A stretch of 62,019 nt of DNA, filler included, from Globobulimina sp. (taxonomy: Eukaryota), in NCBI GenBank assembly GCA_003354225.1. It is 29 parts of 29 records of this genome, joined end to end, with 100 filler letters (N's around TTAATTAATTAA, not from the genome) between each part and the next. Parts side by side here need not be neighbours in the genome. Positions count along the whole stretch, not along the records: positions 21,440 to 23,482 come from PIVH01009492.1; positions 23,583 to 25,625 come from PIVH01009493.1; positions 25,726 to 27,767 come from PIVH01009494.1; positions 27,868 to 29,909 come from PIVH01009495.1; positions 30,010 to 32,051 come from PIVH01009496.1; positions 32,152 to 34,193 come from PIVH01009497.1; positions 34,294 to 36,335 come from PIVH01009498.1; 22 more parts are not named here. The stretch is one strand, 5' to 3'. Under the pieces are notes generated by a model, which had not been told where the DNA came from, did not search any database, and worked only from the letters and a program-made list of their open reading frames with translations. Made by a program: the position numbers and the translations under genes. Positions within the stretch are counted from its first letter, which is position 1; the number at the start of each line of letters is the position of its first letter. Positions 22,890 to 35,632 of this stretch are shown here, one piece after another.

Positions 22890-23582
22890 ATAACATCCTT
22901 GTTTTTTTTTTATAGTAACAAATTTTTGCGGAATATATACAAATTTTATAGTAACTGTTTGCATTCAATGCATTGTGAATGTTATCGATACAGAACTGTT
23001 CTTGGAAAGCTGTCCACATTATATCATTAATACAGAATTTATAGAGTAGCATACATTTGCCATTACTAGTCAGAGGAAATATAATTTTCAGAAATATACA
23101 AAACTCCCTTGACGTTTATGCGCGAATTGGCGCTGTTACAGATTTTGGCAAAAAGTGCAAAAAAGAAAAGTACAATTAAGAAATTAAGCAAACATTTACA
23201 ATGCAGAGGAAAATACAAACGTACATTTAACGCCACATTTAAATTAAACACAGACAGCACAAAAAGAAAACTATAAATTGTATTTAATGCGTGATTCATA
23301 TTTAGATATTCATTTACTTTCAAATATTAATAAATCTTGTCTCCAACCATTAGAATTCCTTGTTTCCTCTATTGATGTTGTTATTTCTTTATATTTACTA
23401 ATTAATAATGATGATATTGATGAATACACATAAAAAAGCCAACTTCTTCGATCTCCATATCTCTTCTTCCAATCCTTCCATANNNNNNNNNNNNNNNNNN
23501 NNNNNNNNNNNNNNNNNNNNNNNNNNTTAATTAATTAANNNNNNNNNNNNNNNNNNNNNNNNNNNNNNNNNNNNNNNNNNNN

Positions 23583-24134
23583 TCAGCTTCATCAAAGTCG
23601 CCATTCCATTTTTTGTTATGCTCCCAAAACTCAGAGAATGTGATGACTCCATCCCCATCAGCATCAATTTCCTTCCAAAACTGATCTGCGATGTCTTTTG
23701 ATTGTCCCGATTCATCAACCATTAACCTTCGAAATTCTTGCTGAGATATTGTATTGTCTCCACCAAAACCTTTGAATATCTTACTGACACCACACAATAA
23801 TTTGAATTTTTTGCTGTTGAACATAATGTCCTGGATTTTATCTTTTTTGATCCATTCATAGAATTCATCTTTATCCACCACTCCATCTGCATTTTTATCA
23901 GCGAGTAATTCACATGCTGTTTGAGCATCAGAATCATTTATACCGATAGGCGATAGCCGTCAAGAGATTGTTGAATTCAGCTGTTTGTTTTCATGGTATA
24001 ACTGTAGAAACGTTTTGTTATGAATGAATCACTCTACCTTTGTCGATAGTTCCATTGGCATCAGTATCAAATGAATTGAATACAGATTTCAGTACTTTTA
24101 TTGGTGTCTCTTCACTGAGATTTATCAAAACCAT
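23583..24134 (-). pseudogene. Four-EF-hand calcium-binding protein with a 7-nt frameshifting duplication; intron 23981-24037
   Basis: Loops DTDANGTIDKAE, DKNADGVVDKDE, GGDNTISQQE, DADGDGVITFSE; removing 7 nt at 23944-23957 restores the frame. Confidence 0.65.
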
Positions 24135-24231
24135 GATGCGATCAAAAGAAAAACTTCACTTACAACTTTTAAATAGATACTGTTTAGAAAGGATGAGACC
24201 ACACAAGTCTATAATAATTTTGGATGCAAAT

Positions 24232-25625
24232 TCATCTCGTATCGATATAACTGTACATAATGTGCACATACTGATCATGCACCTGGCCACCAGTATTCAG
24301 CTCACCACTCTCTAACTTTTGTAAATAAGTGCCAAACCCACATTCTTCCAATAATTTGACACAATTAAATTCCAATAATTTGACACAATTAAACACCTGC
24401 AACATCAACTGTGAAAGTATTCCAAAACCGTCGCGCAAATCCAAATACAACAGTTGACGGATCGCCTTTCTCATCCAAATGTATGGATTTACCTTTTCTT
24501 GGATATGCGAGTAATATATTTTCAATACACTGCAATGCCCCAAAGAATATTTGTTGATTTAACTCCTCACCTTCATTGGAGTGCAAGAAGGTGGCAAAGT
24601 CATTGACTCTTAAAAATGCACACAGAGCTTCAATCGCACCAGTGTTTACCAAATGCTCTATAATCACCTCGTTACGACTCGTGGTAGCATTACTCACAGC
24701 CCATAATGCTTCTTTGCTAATATCGAAACCTTTATGTTGTACATATCTAATTAAAATCGAAAATAATTCCGCTTTTAATACTAACAATATGTCTTCATCT
24801 GAACCTGTGCACAGATTAGACAATGCCCAACAAGCTTCTTTTAGTTCATCTTCACTGGTATTGTCCGAAGTTAAAATACAATGATATTTATCTGATATGC
24901 CGAAATCTAAACACGCTTTCACGTGTTCGTCAGCACCTTCTGTCAGTATATTTCCAATCAGTCTAGAGCTATTAATTGCATATCGAATTTCCCCGTTGTT
25001 ATCACCCATCAATGATACAAATTGCTCAACTATTCCAAGTTCAAACATTTTATTGAGCAATACATATGCATATGTGTCAAATGATATCAAATAGCTAAAG
25101 CCCCACGCTATATTTGAAATCATCTCACTTTTCCTTTTCAGACTTGCTTCTTTATTATCCAACGCATGGTTCAACAAGAGATGCAACGAATTCACTAATA
25201 ATTCCAAATGTTCAAAAGTTGCTGGATGGGTGTCACGACACAAATTACTCAATGTCCAGGCGGCTGTACCTAATAAAGCCATAAACACACATGAGTCATC
25301 ATGTGCTGAATTACCAAGATTCGCTACATATCTCTTATCAAATGAACTTGAACAAATGGTATGTAGGTTTTGCAATATATTATTTCCCAATAATAATTCT
25401 TTCAACTCAATTCGATCACCTGCAAAACAATTAAAGAATGTTCACATCATTTGAAGCAATCACATACAAACCTGCGATATTACCCAAAGCCCACAGTGCT
25501 TGCTCCTTTATTTCATACAATGGACTGTTTAATAAATCAAGCAATACCATATGCGCTCCATTCTGTATAATATAAGCAATACATTGTTCAGGACCTGCTG
25601 TGATATTTACCAAAACCCATAATGC
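24232..25625 (-). CDS. Importin-alpha-like ARM repeat protein (5'-partial; intron 25420-25471; irregular 3' end)
   Basis: EQALWALGNIAGD, TAAWTLSNLCR, KEACWALSNL, KEALWAVSNATT; C-terminal VKLLEECG lies in another frame with a 24-nt tandem duplication. Confidence 0.85.
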
Positions 25626-25725
25626 NNNNNNNNNNNNNNNNNNNNNNNNNNNNNNNNNNNNNNNNNNNNTTAATTAATTAANNNNNNNNNNNNNNNNNNN
25701 NNNNNNNNNNNNNNNNNNNNNNNNN

Positions 25726-27173
25726 ATGAACAGCGACACATTGATTGTTGTAATTGAATTTGTGATTAAAACATGAGAGCGAGGGGACAAGCCTCGCTCT
25801 GTAAAATCTTTGGGCCAAACTATTGAATCAAATCTTAAATGAGTAACATTGTAATAATCTGAAAAATATCCAACCCATTCTATCTTACCGTTTTCTAATA
25901 TGTTACCAAAAGCAAACAATGCTTGATCGCGATCACCGTTATCTTTATAAGATACATTTCCTGTGGCACCTATAAAGGAGATATGATTTACTATAATCTC
26001 ATTATAATAATCACTATTAAACTTCAGCAAATTCGTACCAGTCAATGAACCTTCATTTTCATCGATGATATGTTGCAAAATATGTGCAACTGTATAGGCC
26101 GAATCCCAGCCATAGTTGGATAGCGCAGAAGGTACGTGAATGCCGAAAAAAAATGCAGGATCCACTGTATATTTGGCAATCCACATATCATGCACAAATT
26201 GATACGTTTGGAATGACTGATTGTGTGTTTCTGAGAGTTTCCCTGCATTGGTATCCAGATAATCACTATGTGACAACATATGTGATCCCCAAGGAGCTGT
26301 ACCCAAATAGCCATCCACAAACGTACTAATATTTGTGGCATTGATAGTGGCCTCATCGCACCAGACATCTACTCCAATATAAAAATATGGATAGCCCCAC
26401 AATCCATTGGCCTCCAATTCAGCAAAAAATGTTTTAATGTCGACACCGTGGACAATGGCGATATTAATAAACGATTTGTCAGTCTGTTTTAACTGTTGCA
26501 CTGCGAATTTAATAGAAGCTGCATCTCCCGATGTGTACGCTATTGGTGTTAGTTGGAAAGAAAGTGTTTTGTGAATGGACGCTAAACGCATTACTTCCAT
26601 GGTCAAATAGATTCCATACACATCATTGACATAAATGATGCTAAAGCGCGTCCAGCCAAAATATTCGAGTAAGCCAATCAAACCGGCGGATTGTAATGAA
26701 TCTGCTGCGATGGTTCTGTAGAACGTGGGATATCTGATTGAATCACTCAAACTTATTGATGTCGAAGAGCTGCTGATCTGTGCCCAATTCATGGTGCCCA
26801 ATGCTGGCGCAGTAATTGAGGATAATGAGGACCATGGACAGCCTAACACAATGGGCAACGTTTGATGAAGAGATAAGTTGTTTGAAGTGCGATTATGAAT
26901 ATGGTGGTATCCGATCATTATATCGAGTACATGTTGCAGTGCTATTGTTGTATCTTCCTCGGCATCCAATAGTGTCAAATTTAGTGTGTAATTTGCTAGT
27001 AGGTCTGCTTCGTTATTATTTATATGTTCAAATGCTAATTTTTGCGCTGCCACTATGATTGCGCCGTAGGTAACTTGTAAGTTTGAAATAGCCAACACAT
27101 CAATCACTTCTTTTTCGCCATAGATTTGTGTGGTGCAGCAAAATGAACTTAAGAAAAAAACAAAGTTTGACAT
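25726..27173 (-). CDS. ANF-receptor/Venus-flytrap ligand-binding domain, probably a class C (GABA-B-like) GPCR; 3'-partial
   Basis: Signal peptide; VLGCPWSS, QISSSSTSISLSD..YPTFYRT, FGW, NDVYG, YGWDS, FIGATGNVSY..GDR. Confidence 0.85.
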
Positions 27174-27262
27174 GATTGTGATCGAAGTTTGTATACGGAT
27201 AAAAGAGCGAAGTTTTTAAGCATAAAAATCTCACACAAACGTTAACAAAAAAAACGTAGTAA

Positions 27263-27703
27263 ATGGCAGAAGCAAAGACCGATGACGAAGGTGATGATTA
27301 CTTGATATTAATTTCTTCTGAGGACAATCCTAAAGAATTTGAGATTTCACGTAAAGCTGCTTTAAGGTGCAATTTTGTAAAATCTATTTTGGAGGGAGAT
27401 GAAAACACAAAAGAGATACCAATCAAAAAAGTAAGAGGTGATATATTAGAATTAATTGTAGATTATTTAAAATATCATCATCATAATAAAAAACCAGAAA
27501 TTCAAATTGTTGCAGATAAATGGGATGCTGACTATATTAATAAAATGGATGAAAAAACAATATTTCAAGTTATTATTGGTGCAAAATATATGGATTTACC
27601 TTCATTATTACATTTATGTTGTAGTAAAGCAGGTAAATCTTTTGAAGAAATTAAAAATATTTTAGCTGATAATAGTAATGATAAAAAAAAAAGTGAAATT
27701 TAA
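27263..27703 (+). CDS. Skp1-like protein, shortened
   Basis: LISSE..F, EIPIKKVRGDILELIVDYLKYH, WDADYI, IFQVIIGAKYMDLPSLLHLCC, GKSFEEI. Confidence 0.85.
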   Translation: MAEAKTDDEGDDYLILISSEDNPKEFEISRKAALRCNFVKSILEGDENTKEIPIKKVRGDILELIVDYLKYHHHNKKPEIQIVADKWDADYINKMDEKTIFQVIIGAKYMDLPSLLHLCCSKAGKSFEEIKNILADNSNDKKKSEI

Positions 27704-27867
27704 AGGTGATCAATAAAAAAAAATTACAGAAACACATGTTGTGTAAAATTAATAAATTGAGTGTATANNNNNNNNNNNNNNNNNNNNNNNNNNNNNNNNN
27801 NNNNNNNNNNNTTAATTAATTAANNNNNNNNNNNNNNNNNNNNNNNNNNNNNNNNNNNNNNNNNNNN

Positions 27868-29908
27868 GGGTCGGCCATCTTGGCGTAGGATACGGGGTCA
27901 TTGGGGTTGGTGATTGGGTCGAAATGGTTGGCATTGGGGTGGGTTCAGTGGGATCGGTGGTTGGTAAGTCGCTTACTGTCGGCGGTACAGTTGTCGCAGC
28001 AGTAGGTATGCCCTGACATAACAAAGTCACATTAAATTGGACGGGTATGATTGGTAGAAAACTAGCGCCAAAATCCAAGGTCCAATAGTATCGCCCTGGC
28101 GTCATCACCCGCGTTAACTCGGACTGTGCAGGTCTCTGACCATTGCAACATGCAATATCATCTACACCGCAATCGCCAGGATCGATATCCGTACCACAAT
28201 TATCACACTCATCATAAACAATAGTCAGATCGCCATTGGTTACCTGCACAAACGTATCAAACTCAGAACCACAGGTTACAAATGTCGCAATCACTGGTTC
28301 TTGTAAATCAAATAGAAACTCTAATCGTTTGGCATTAAAATCGCCGGAAATGGTCTCACCACATACAATGCCATCGACCGGTGTAGGTACTAATGTAGGC
28401 GGTCGGGTTGGTGCTAACGGTATACATTGAATATCGATGCTAAAATTGCCGAAGGTTGGCTCGCCGCTACCGGTACTGCCCACAGATAATACTAAATAAT
28501 AATTAGCTGGCGATAATATAGCTTGTTGTAAATAGGATTGTAACGTACCACTACCGCATCCATCATCATCTTCGTCGAACAAAATGAATAGATTTTCATC
28601 CCAGAGCTGCAGTAAAGTGTCAAAATTGGAAGAACATGCATGAAATACTACTCTTGAATTTCCCCAATGTTCTTCTAATTGAAAAAACATATTCAAATCT
28701 TCGTCATTGAATCCGCCCACTACACTATCACCACAACGTAATATCGAGCTGGGCGTAGGTTGAGGCGTTGGTTGTCTACCGGGCGCTTCTTCGCTACATT
28801 CTAAATAAATACGATATTCACCAAATACGGCCCCAGCAGCAGGTGTATCTAACACTAAATGATATTTCCCAGGCGATAAATAGTTATATACTAACTGCGC
28901 ATTATCTGGCTCGAACTCGTTGACAGAGGCACAACATGGATATTCGAACGGTACTATGCAATCACCTATGACCTGTAAGTCACCACAACTGTCACACACG
29001 CACTCACCACTCAATGTATTACAGCCACTCGTGATATTCGTTAACGTATCGTCCAAGATACGAAGTCTAGTGTCAAAATTCGATCCGCAACTCTGAAAGG
29101 TTACAAGTTCATGCATAATACCAAAATTAATTTCCCATTCGATTGGCTGATTGGCATATGTGCCGTTTACAACTTGGCCGCATTGCAAAACATTGCCACA
29201 CGAAGGTGTGGGTGCAGGGGTTAGAGTGGGTAAAGTAGGCGCGGTGGGACTGGGTGGCGCAGTGATACATATTATGCCTAACACGAATTTGTTTTCATCA
29301 TCAACTTCTAATACATGGGCTGTGCTGTTGATTTTAATGTAATAGTTGTCTGGGAATAGGAATGGCATTGTTAACAAAGCTCGTCCCAATGCAACACCTA
29401 CACAGCCATCAGTCGCAGTGGCGAGTAATATGTCTCTGTTAGAATCGTATACTTGTATGCTAGTATTAAATGAGGAGTCACAAGTTGTGAAGGTCACATC
29501 CGCAAACTGATCCAAATCAAATCGCATCCAAATATCCACATTATGATAATATTCAACAACCGTATCCCCGCAACATACCCGTCCTGGATTGGATGGTGAT
29601 GGCGTAGTGATAGAGGTTGTAGGTGCTTCTGTGTTGGATGTTGGCGATTCTGTATTGGGAGTTGGTGATTCTGTATTGGGTGTTGGCGCACGACTTGGTC
29701 GAGTTGGTTCTGGTGTGATGGGCAAACATATAAATTCAACCACATAGCGCCCGGTTTGTGGTGCCGAATTGACGCTGGTCAAGGTCACTAACTACCGCCC
29801 TGCCGGCAATATTTGCTCGATCTCAGATGCTTGCGGAGCTTCACCATTACAACAAAAACCACAATCACCGGCTAGAAAATCAAAGCCACAGTTATCACAC
29901 TCATGGAT
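27868..29908 (-). CDS. Large extracellular protein with repeated ~120-aa Cys-containing beta modules and PT-rich linkers; in-frame TAG at 29792-29794
   Basis: Repeats CGxxVxG..F.(T/S/A)CxSxFDT..DxCG..PGxY..C separated by mucin-like PTP runs; the frame continues upstream of the TAG to the contig edge. Confidence 0.75.
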
Positions 29909-30009
29909 CNNNNNNNNNNNNNNNNNNNNNNNNNNNNNNNNNNNNNNNNNNNNTTAATTAATTAANNNNNNNNNNNNNNNNNNNNNNNNNNNNNNNNNNN
30001 NNNNNNNNN

Positions 30010-30931
30010 CAAAAAGTATGCAGTATGCACTCAACAATAATGATTCAACGCTGCCACAAATATCAACGCAGTGACATTGTCAAAGAGCTGCAGCCATTTT
30101 TTCCTCTCATTTCGCTGCCCGCCGACGTCAAACACATTGAATTGGATATCTTCGATGAAGTACGTCCGTTCGATGATGCCCGTCGTCTGCATCCGCGCAT
30201 AAATTATATCCTCCACTGTCGGCTCATACTCCTTGCTGTCCATCACCACATTTATTTTCTCCATGAAATAGTCCAAATTCTCGGCCAAACTGAAATATTG
30301 CCGAAGTTTAAATGTCTCTCGAACTCCGTCCAAATTCCAGAGAAATCGCATCGTTTTTCCTGTCCATGTTTTGTGCACAAACACGTTTACAAAAAACATG
30401 TACACACAAACCTAATGTTGCCAAGTCGTGCTGGTCATATTCGTGGTTGTTCATTAACGAGTTTTTTTTTTGTGCAAATTCTACCAACAATTTGATGCCA
30501 TTTTCAATTTTCGAGTCGCCGCAATCCACCAAACATTGCTTGAAATTGTAAGGTTGCTTGGATAAGAAATCAGATTTTTTGAGCAATTTAATTAAACCGT
30601 CGATGCAGTTAAAGCGTATTATGGCTTTTATGGCATCTATGTTTAGAAAGAATCGGTCCAAGCTTTGCTTTCCTTTTTCGTCGCCATGGATGCATTCAAT
30701 CTGTCGGAATATTGTCGATTTGCCAGAGCTGCCGGTTCCTAATAATAAGATTTTCACAGTGGCGTCGTCTGTGTTTTTGGCCTGGCTCAAATGTTTATTG
30801 ATTAACTTGTTATGCGCTTTCGTGCCACTGCCGCGACTGAAGTCACTTGGTGTTTTGGGGAGGTCGCTCATGCTGTCGGCTCTCACGATGGATGAACCCG
30901 TCTGGTCGTCATTTTGCAGACAGTTTCCCAT
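30010..30931 (-). CDS. Heterotrimeric G-protein alpha subunit (intron 30360-30411; 3'-partial)
   Basis: MGNC lipidation motif, LLLGTGSSGKST, RMQTTGI, DVGGQRNERKKW; the 52-nt intron restores LGKTMRFLW. Confidence 0.95.
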
Positions 30932-31024
30932 GATTTTCTGGTGACTGACTGACTAGCTCGAAAAAGAAAACTTTTCCAATTAAACAATAAAAAAATTAAA
31001 TAGCAACCAACACAATTAAACATT

Positions 31025-32051
31025 TTACTTTTTCTTCTGCATGGAAAGTGAAAACAATTTATTCTCCAATCTTTTGATTTCGTCGCAGGCACTGCTTACA
31101 ATAACTGATCTGTCTGGCAATGCCGCGCCGGATCTCCCCACTCTCAAATCCAACAATTCAGTCAATACAAGGTAGCCTTCCTTCAATTCTTTTCTTCGCA
31201 ATTTCTCCCTCTCCGATTTCTTTAATCCCGCATATTTGCTATTTTTTGTCGCATTCTTTTTATTTGCTGGTGGGTTTTTTCGTGGTCTGCCTCGTTTTCG
31301 TGGTTGGTACACCATTGGCGGCAAATTGTTATTATTATAATTATAATTAAGTGGCGGCGGCACATTTCTTTTCATTTTTTGTTGTGGTGGCATATATTTC
31401 ACAGCGCCATCGGACATCGATGCATTGCGAACTCTTTTCGTTCCGGATACTTTGGCTAAATTTATGATTGGTTCATTCTCAGATTCTGTGGTAAAATTGG
31501 ACCAGTTTCTATTGCGGGCGTCATTGTCGCCGAATATATCCGACTCAGAAATGGTGAGTGATGGCGGTTCTTTTGATGATTGCGGAGGGATTGGAGGCGG
31601 ACCAAACACATTATTTATCATTCCCGCCCATTCATCGTTTCTAAACATTTCCGGAGTGATCCCCATATAGTCGTAACCTAAAAGTTCAACATGACAGATT
31701 TTCCATTTTCAGTCAAAATAAAGTAAAGTAAAAACTTGTTGACTAAACTGGATGGCGCAGATTGCGGAGCGGGTCGGTTCGGATTACATAACGATGTCAT
31801 AGATTCAACACTCGTTCTTGTCGTAATTGCATATGGCAGTTCTGAGTCAGGCATAAAAAAATTCGATTTCATAAAATCTGGCACAGCCAGTGGTGACTTG
31901 AGATTTGGCGACGGCGATTTCATGATATTGTCGTCGGCCGCGGGCGATGGTGATTTCCATGCATTGGAAGTAATCGCTTGATCCCATCCGTCAATAACGC
32001 CATACACTGAGTGTGGTAACGGCGCACTTCGCACAAAATCCTGTGTGTTGC
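31025..32051 (-). CDS. bHLH transcription factor with AT-hook (probable intron 31678-31748; 5'-partial)
   Basis: RKRGRPRK AT-hook; SEREKLRRKELKEGYLVLTELL..DRSVIVSSACDEIKRL bHLH. Confidence 0.8.
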
Positions 32052-32874
32052 NNNNNNNNNNNNNNNNNNNNNNNNNNNNNNNNNNNNNNNNNNNNTTAAT
32101 TAATTAANNNNNNNNNNNNNNNNNNNNNNNNNNNNNNNNNNNNNNNNNNNNGCTGTATTATCAAAGAATCTGCTCTCAAATTCATCATTCATTCGATTGG
32201 AATTCAAAATGTGAAAGTAATGGCTGAGAATACTGGCTGTTTACATATTGGTTGGTGCGTTGCTAGAAAGTTTGCTGTAATGTCATGATATGTGATGTGT
32301 GAGTTGTAAAGTTTTTCTTCAAATCTGCCGTACGTTGGTCCTGTGAATGGTGTCGTGTTGTAGTGTTGGCTGCGTATTGCCATTGTGTTTGCAGTATTAA
32401 TTAGCATTGGATTTTGGTGTCGTGTCGTGTCGTATTAATCAACATTATCGCAATTGTTAATGGTGTGTTGGGATTATCGCAATAACTGTGTCTGGGATTT
32501 TGATTGTGAATGATCTGAGTAACCGCTCCTTTTTGTGAATCGTATGATTCCAATACATTAAGAGATGTTACCATCATCACAATCGAGCGTGGTATACCTA
32601 ACGGGGACAGCACGCTTTTATATAAATTCTGAATGCACGCAAATCAGTTCCTCATTGTTTTAATTATGAAACAAAAGGTAGTGTGGAAAGACTGATACAA
32701 TTCATCTGTTTTATTTTTTTATTTTTTTTTATTATATATGACGCAAATTCGCATTACTTTCAAGTTTCATGCATGTTTTTTTTGATTTGATTTGATTTAC
32801 TATTTTTATTGATAAATTGAAGAGTTTGTGGCAAAGTCTTTGCAGTGTACGCATAGCCTTTACAAACTTCACCG

Positions 32875-33060
32875 TTGAATCTATTGTATCAAGGATTACC
32901 AGTTGTTATTGTCAAGGAGTGGAATGAGATAAGCCATGACAAGTTACAATTGTGGTACGATCTATATTTTTTTAATCACACTGCACAAAATAACCCGTCT
33001 GTCACGCAAAAACTTACTACAAAATATTGGGTTCAACGCATGAAACGACTAATCACATAA
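32875..33060 (+). pseudogene. Isolated C-terminal fragment resembling exostosin-like glycosyltransferase ends
   Basis: LYQGLPVVIVKEWNEI..KLTTKYW; upstream exons not evident. Confidence 0.35.
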
Positions 33061-33157
33061 AGGGCATAACTGCGCATTTATTTATTTAAAATTTTAAATA
33101 CGACAATGTTTACTGGCTATGATTATGACTTATGAGTAAAGGCAATTAAGACTGAAA

Positions 33158-34193
33158 TTATATTTGTTGGCAATAGAGCCATACGGAAACACCCACACCG
33201 ACATAGGCAACGACACACATAATGCCGATGGAGGTAATAAATTCATTGTCATTTGTTATCCAATACACTAAAATATGCGAAAAACAGATTGCTACGGTCA
33301 ATATGAACAAATGTAGCAAATTATTAAAATATTTGAATACATAATTTGAGGAATATCCATATAAAACGTAAACAAATACGGTTAGCCACGTCCAAATATT
33401 AAATCCTTCCAAAGCAAATGTCAAATTTAATAATAATAATTCCTTTGATGCTTGTTTGATATTTGCAAAATAAAAAAAGACAGAGGCAATCACCAAACTC
33501 CATAAATACATCGACGAACTCTGCGCAAAGTACGACAAATTCTTCTCAAATGTTTTATATTTTTGTTCCGCGATCACACTTCCAATGGACGCAAATAATG
33601 ACTCTGTGAATAAAAAAATGAACCAATAATCATTAAAAATATGGTTACCATCAATATTGGTGCTGGTTTGTAATAGATTGCGTCCATTTAATTGCTCATT
33701 TACATCAATAATGGCATCAATTTTATATGTCTGCTCGTTTTCTGTTTGGGATTTAATGATTTTGGCAGAGATTGCAGACAAATAAGCGGAGGAATCTGAA
33801 TATTCAAAGGTTAAAAATATAACGGACATCACTAATAAGGCAATGCTGGTCAACTGTTTATTTGTTATTTTCTTTTGGAAAAATATAATTTTCCATATGA
33901 ATGTGGTCAAACATATCTTAAATATCAACGAGTAATAAATATAAATAAAGCCTATTTGCGATATCATTTTAATGAGAATTACATTGGAAATGGCATATAA
34001 AACACCAGTAACTGCAAAAGTATGCACTTGAAACACATCAAATAACATTGTTTCCAATGTTTTAGCCACATTGTATTTGAATTCATAGAATACGATACAG
34101 ATTGCGATGATTAATTTTAATATCTCACACATCACAATGATGGATGCACATTGATAGGATAGATTTATCGCACTGGTTTGGTTTGGATTATTC
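33158..34193 (-). CDS. Nucleotide-sugar transporter (SLC35A-like), 5'-partial
   Basis: MCEILKL, FAVTGVLYAISN, KICLTT, FASIGSVIAEQKYK, GF..WTW, FKYFNN. Confidence 0.8.
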
Positions 34194-34432
34194 NNNNNNN
34201 NNNNNNNNNNNNNNNNNNNNNNNNNNNNNNNNNNNNNTTAATTAATTAANNNNNNNNNNNNNNNNNNNNNNNNNNNNNNNNNNNNNNNNNNNNTGTATTA
34301 AATGAGGAACAATTTGCCATTGTAAACCAAAATAAGTACGATCGCCTCAATTGTTATGATGAGAGTTCTGGCAGTTTCCATAAAGAAAATTGTTGGTATT
34401 ATACAAAAGCAGCACAAAAATTCTTTATTCCA

Positions 34433-35368
34433 TTGAACAACACATTAAATACTATAAATACAATCAAACATTCCTCCAAATATCGTATCTTATTAATCAA
34501 TCCCTGCAAAGTTACCTTTTCTATCGAGGGAAGGATAACGCTCTTAAACCCTTGGCAGTCTTTCTCGCATTTGGACGTCTCTGACCGTTGGCATCCACAA
34601 ATTGTATTAGTTGCCATGTTTTTTTATTTATTTGGAGCAATAACGTGGTTAATTTACTTAAATTGGCATCAGGATTTGATGCTAATCCATCATAAATTAT
34701 TGACAGTATTATTGATAATACGTTGCATGGATTATTTTATATATTATATCAGCTTTGTGATGTATAATGTGCATGGAATCTCGACTCATTATGATTTATT
34801 GTTTCATGAGATATTGAATAGTATTTTTGAAGTGGTTGGCTTTTTTTTCTTATTAATTGTATCAATGGGATATAAATTATACCGAACAGCGTTAAATGTA
34901 AAACAGATGAAAGTTGCAGTTGGATCTATAATGTTATACGGCATCACATGTGTTTTGGATGAAACTTGCTTTTTATTTGAGGCATTTTGCCATTTTATAG
35001 AGTTATTTCAGTTTATTTTGCGGTGTTTTCTATTGGTTGGGATTGTGGCTTTATTGAATGCATTGATATCCTCCGTGCATACAGCCGTAAGACAGGAACA
35101 ATGGAGATTGGAGTTGAAGAAATCTTATTTATTATTAAAATCGCATAAAATACTAAGATGGGCATTTTATACTTATGTTATTGGACCAATTACGGTCTAT
35201 ATTTTATATTTATCCATATTCCATTGGACTGAAGAATGGTTTGAATATATTTATTTCAATTGTTTTTTTATTGCTTTTAATTTCTATATTTGTAATTGCA
35301 GAAAAAACAATAAACAAATAATTGAAATAAATACAAAAAACAAATTCAAAAAAGGTTATATATTATGA
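34433..35368 (+). CDS. GPR107/TMEM87-like seven-TM membrane protein; true ends uncertain, likely spliced near 35292
   Basis: LLNP..HL, IHHKL, LLIVSMGY, W..EW and seven hydrophobic segments. Confidence 0.6.
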   Translation: MNNTLNTINTIKHSSKYRILLINPCKVTFSIEGRITLLNPWQSFSHLDVSDRWHPQIVLVAMFFYLFGAITWLIYLNWHQDLMLIHHKLLTVLLIIRCMDYFIYYISFVMYNVHGISTHYDLLFHEILNSIFEVVGFFFLLIVSMGYKLYRTALNVKQMKVAVGSIMLYGITCVLDETCFLFEAFCHFIELFQFILRCFLLVGIVALLNALISSVHTAVRQEQWRLELKKSYLLLKSHKILRWAFYTYVIGPITVYILYLSIFHWTEEWFEYIYFNCFFIAFNFYICNCRKNNKQIIEINTKNKFKKGYIL

Positions 35369-35632
35369 TAAACTCCAATATTATTGAACCTCTATTGTTG
35401 GCATATATTTATTATCATTTTCGACCATCTCCATATTTTGTTCATGTATCTGGTATATTTTAACTTATTTTCTCTTGCGCATTCTTCATTGTATGACTAG
35501 TTCAGTATTTTACAGTTTTTCCCGCTTACATCACCAGTAAACCTTCATCCTTTTTGTGGTGAGAAAAAACAAGGTAAGAAATATTAATTAAACTAAGTGT
35601 ATATAAATTATAAAAAACAAGCTAAGACAATA

